From Malacoraja senta (taxonomy: Eukaryota), in assembly GCA_038087875.1 (NCBI GenBank), contig CM075999.1:2606001-2670000 (forward strand): DNA of 64,000 nucleotides. The letters are read 5' to 3'. Position numbers and translations under genes: made by a program. Below, in pieces: positions 61,928 through 64,000 of the stretch. The notes under the pieces are model-generated. The model worked only from the letters and a program-made list of their open reading frames with translations. It was not told where the DNA came from and did not search any database. Positions within the stretch are counted from its first letter, which is position 1, and each line of letters opens with the position of its first letter.

Positions 61928-62804
61928 GGGGAAATCCCACACAGGCCACGGGGAGAACGTATAAACTCTGTACTGACAGCACCCATAGTCGGGACCGAAC
62001 CCGTGTCTCTGGCGCTGTGAGGCAGCAACTCTACCGCTGCGCCACCGTGCCACCTTAATCGTATCATTAAATTTGTTTCTGGACGAGGTCCTTTTGCATT
62101 AAAAGAATACAGGTCCTAGAGTCATAGATTCACAGAGTGATACAGTGGAAGCAGGCCCTTCAGCCCAACTTGCCCATGCCGCCCACTGATTTCCAGGCAC
62201 GCTGGGTTCCTGAGACTTGCGGGATTATCCATTTTGCCGGACCAACAGAGGTCATGTAATAACAATTCAACAACAAACCTCTGGCCCACTGATTATACCA
62301 CTCCCGTGTCTCTAAAGCACCTTGAAACCTAAATATGACAAATGTTAAATGTAAATTAAATGTGCTCATACTTAACACCTGCACCTTGCTCAGAAGCAGA
62401 CACAAAAAACCGGAGTAACTCAGCAGGACAGGCTGCATCTCTGGAGAGAAGGAATGGGTGACGTTTCGGGGTCGAGACCCTTCTTAGGTCTCTGGAGAGA
62501 AGTCTGAAGAAGGGTCTCGACCCGAAACGTCACCCATTCCTTCTCTCCAGAGATGCTGTCTGTCCCGCTGAGTTACTCCAGCATTCTGTGTCTACCTCCC
62601 ATGTAAGCCAGTATTTGCAGTTCCTTCCTACATCTTGCTTAGATGCCATAGCTAGGGTTAAATGCACGCAAAATAAGCTAGGACTCGCACAAAACCAAGT
62701 GATCACCACTAACAAGTTGCCACTAATGGGAGAGTCTAAGACCAGAGGCCACAGCCTCAGAAACAAAGGACGTACCTTCTGAAAGGAGATAAGGAGGAGA
62801 TTCT

Positions 62805-63250
62805 CAGTTCAGTTCAGTTTAGTTTATTGTCACGTGTAACGAGCTACAGTGAAAAGCTTTTGTTGTGTGCTAACCAGTCAGCGGAAAGACAATACATGAT
62901 TACAATGATTTACAGTGTATAGATACATGATAAGGGAATAACATTTAGTGCAAGGTAAAGCCAGTAAAGTCTGATCAAAGATAGTCCGAGGGTCACCAAA
63001 GAGGTAGATAGTAGTTCAGGACCGCTCTCTGGTTGTGGTAGGATGGTTCAGTTGCCTGATAACAGCTGGGAAGAAACTGTCCCTGAATCTGGAGGTGTGC
63101 GTTTGTTTTCACACTTCTGTACCTCTTGCCCGATGGGAAAAGGGAGAAGAGGGAGTGGCCGGGGTGTGACTGGTCATTGGTTATGCTGCTGGCCTTTGCT
63201 GAGGCAGCATGAGGTGTAGATGGAGTCGATGGAAGGAAGGTTAGTTTGAG
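62805..63250 (-). mobile_element. Rex1/Babar-like LINE 3' fragment with full 3'UTR
   Basis: Consensus match; aataaactaaactgaac tail. Confidence 0.75.
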
Positions 63251-63585
63251 TGTAGACCAGCATCCGCAGTTTCATGTTTCTCTGCAACATCAAACATGGG
63301 AACATGGGCATCCGACAGACATAGGACTGTCCTCCTGATTACATTTTATCTTTGTACGCCTCGTTGTCAACTTCCCGGAGCTAACAATGATCTATTCTAC
63401 ATTTTCCTTGATCCTCGTCACCTTTTACCTCTCGATTTCACACCTTGCCCATCCATATCTCTGTCACCCTCTCCCCTGACTCTCAGTCTGAAGAAGGCTC
63501 TCGACCAGAAACGTCACCCAATCCTTCTCTCCAGAGGCGCTGCCTGTCCCGCTGAGTTACTCCAGTATTTTGTGTTTATCTTTCA

Positions 63586-63907
63586 AGGGCCTGTCCCACT
63601 TAGGCGATTTTTTCCGGCGACTTGCCGGCACCCGTCATAGTCGCAGCAGGTGGCCGAAAATGTTCAACACGTTGAAAATCCAGCGGCGACCAGAAAAAGG
63701 TGGGCGACTACTCACGCCCGTACAGGCGTCACCCCGCGACATGTCGACACGTGACGCCTGTATGGTCGTGAGTAGTCGCCCCAAGAGCCGTACCTTTTTC
63801 TGGTCACCGCTGGATTTCCAACACGTTGAAAATTTTCGGCCACCTGCTGCGACTGTGACGGGTGCCGGCAAGTCGCCGAAAAAAATCGGGTAAGTGCGAC
63901 AGGCCAT
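63586..63907. mobile_element. PIF/Harbinger-type MITE, family C
   Basis: AGGGCCTGTCCCACTTAGGCGATTTTTT / AAAAAATCGGGTAAGTGCGACAGGCCAT termini. Confidence 0.75.
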
Positions 63908-64000
63908 TTAGAATAAGCCTCTAGATATCTCTCTTGGTGCTGTTTATTTTTAAATGACTATGAAAGAAAAAAGACCGTCACTCTAAACACCGACACTTTT

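Overview
Vertebrate nuclear DNA, almost certainly from a cartilaginous fish (skate/ray/shark), judged by dense HE1-type V-SINEs and CR1/HER1-like LINE fragments. Most of the window is nested transposable elements: V-SINEs, CR1, Rex1/Babar, L2, Crack/Daphne-like, Tx1 and L1 LINE pieces, Penelope-like elements (PLE), and PIF/Harbinger and hAT/P-like MITEs. Short AT-rich unique blocks lie between them. No host protein-coding gene can be named; one weak candidate terminal exon lies on the minus strand (1263-1438). Nearly all listed ORFs are TE-derived. Highlights: (1) many tiny, often fold-back PLE-terminal insertions with their own 9-15 bp TSDs and a minimal hammerhead-ribozyme core (CTGAAGA-A-stem-GAAACGTH); (2) one such insertion contains exactly five GGTTAG units in telomerase register; (3) a 3.6 kb L1 flanked by a kb-scale direct duplication; (4) a composite TIR element carrying captured LINE DNA; (5) a split ~95 bp inverted repeat with RORE/octamer motifs and two homeodomain-motif clusters. 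Family names come from motif recognition without database searches. Repeat boundaries are approximate unless a TSD is given, and only representative repeat copies are listed.
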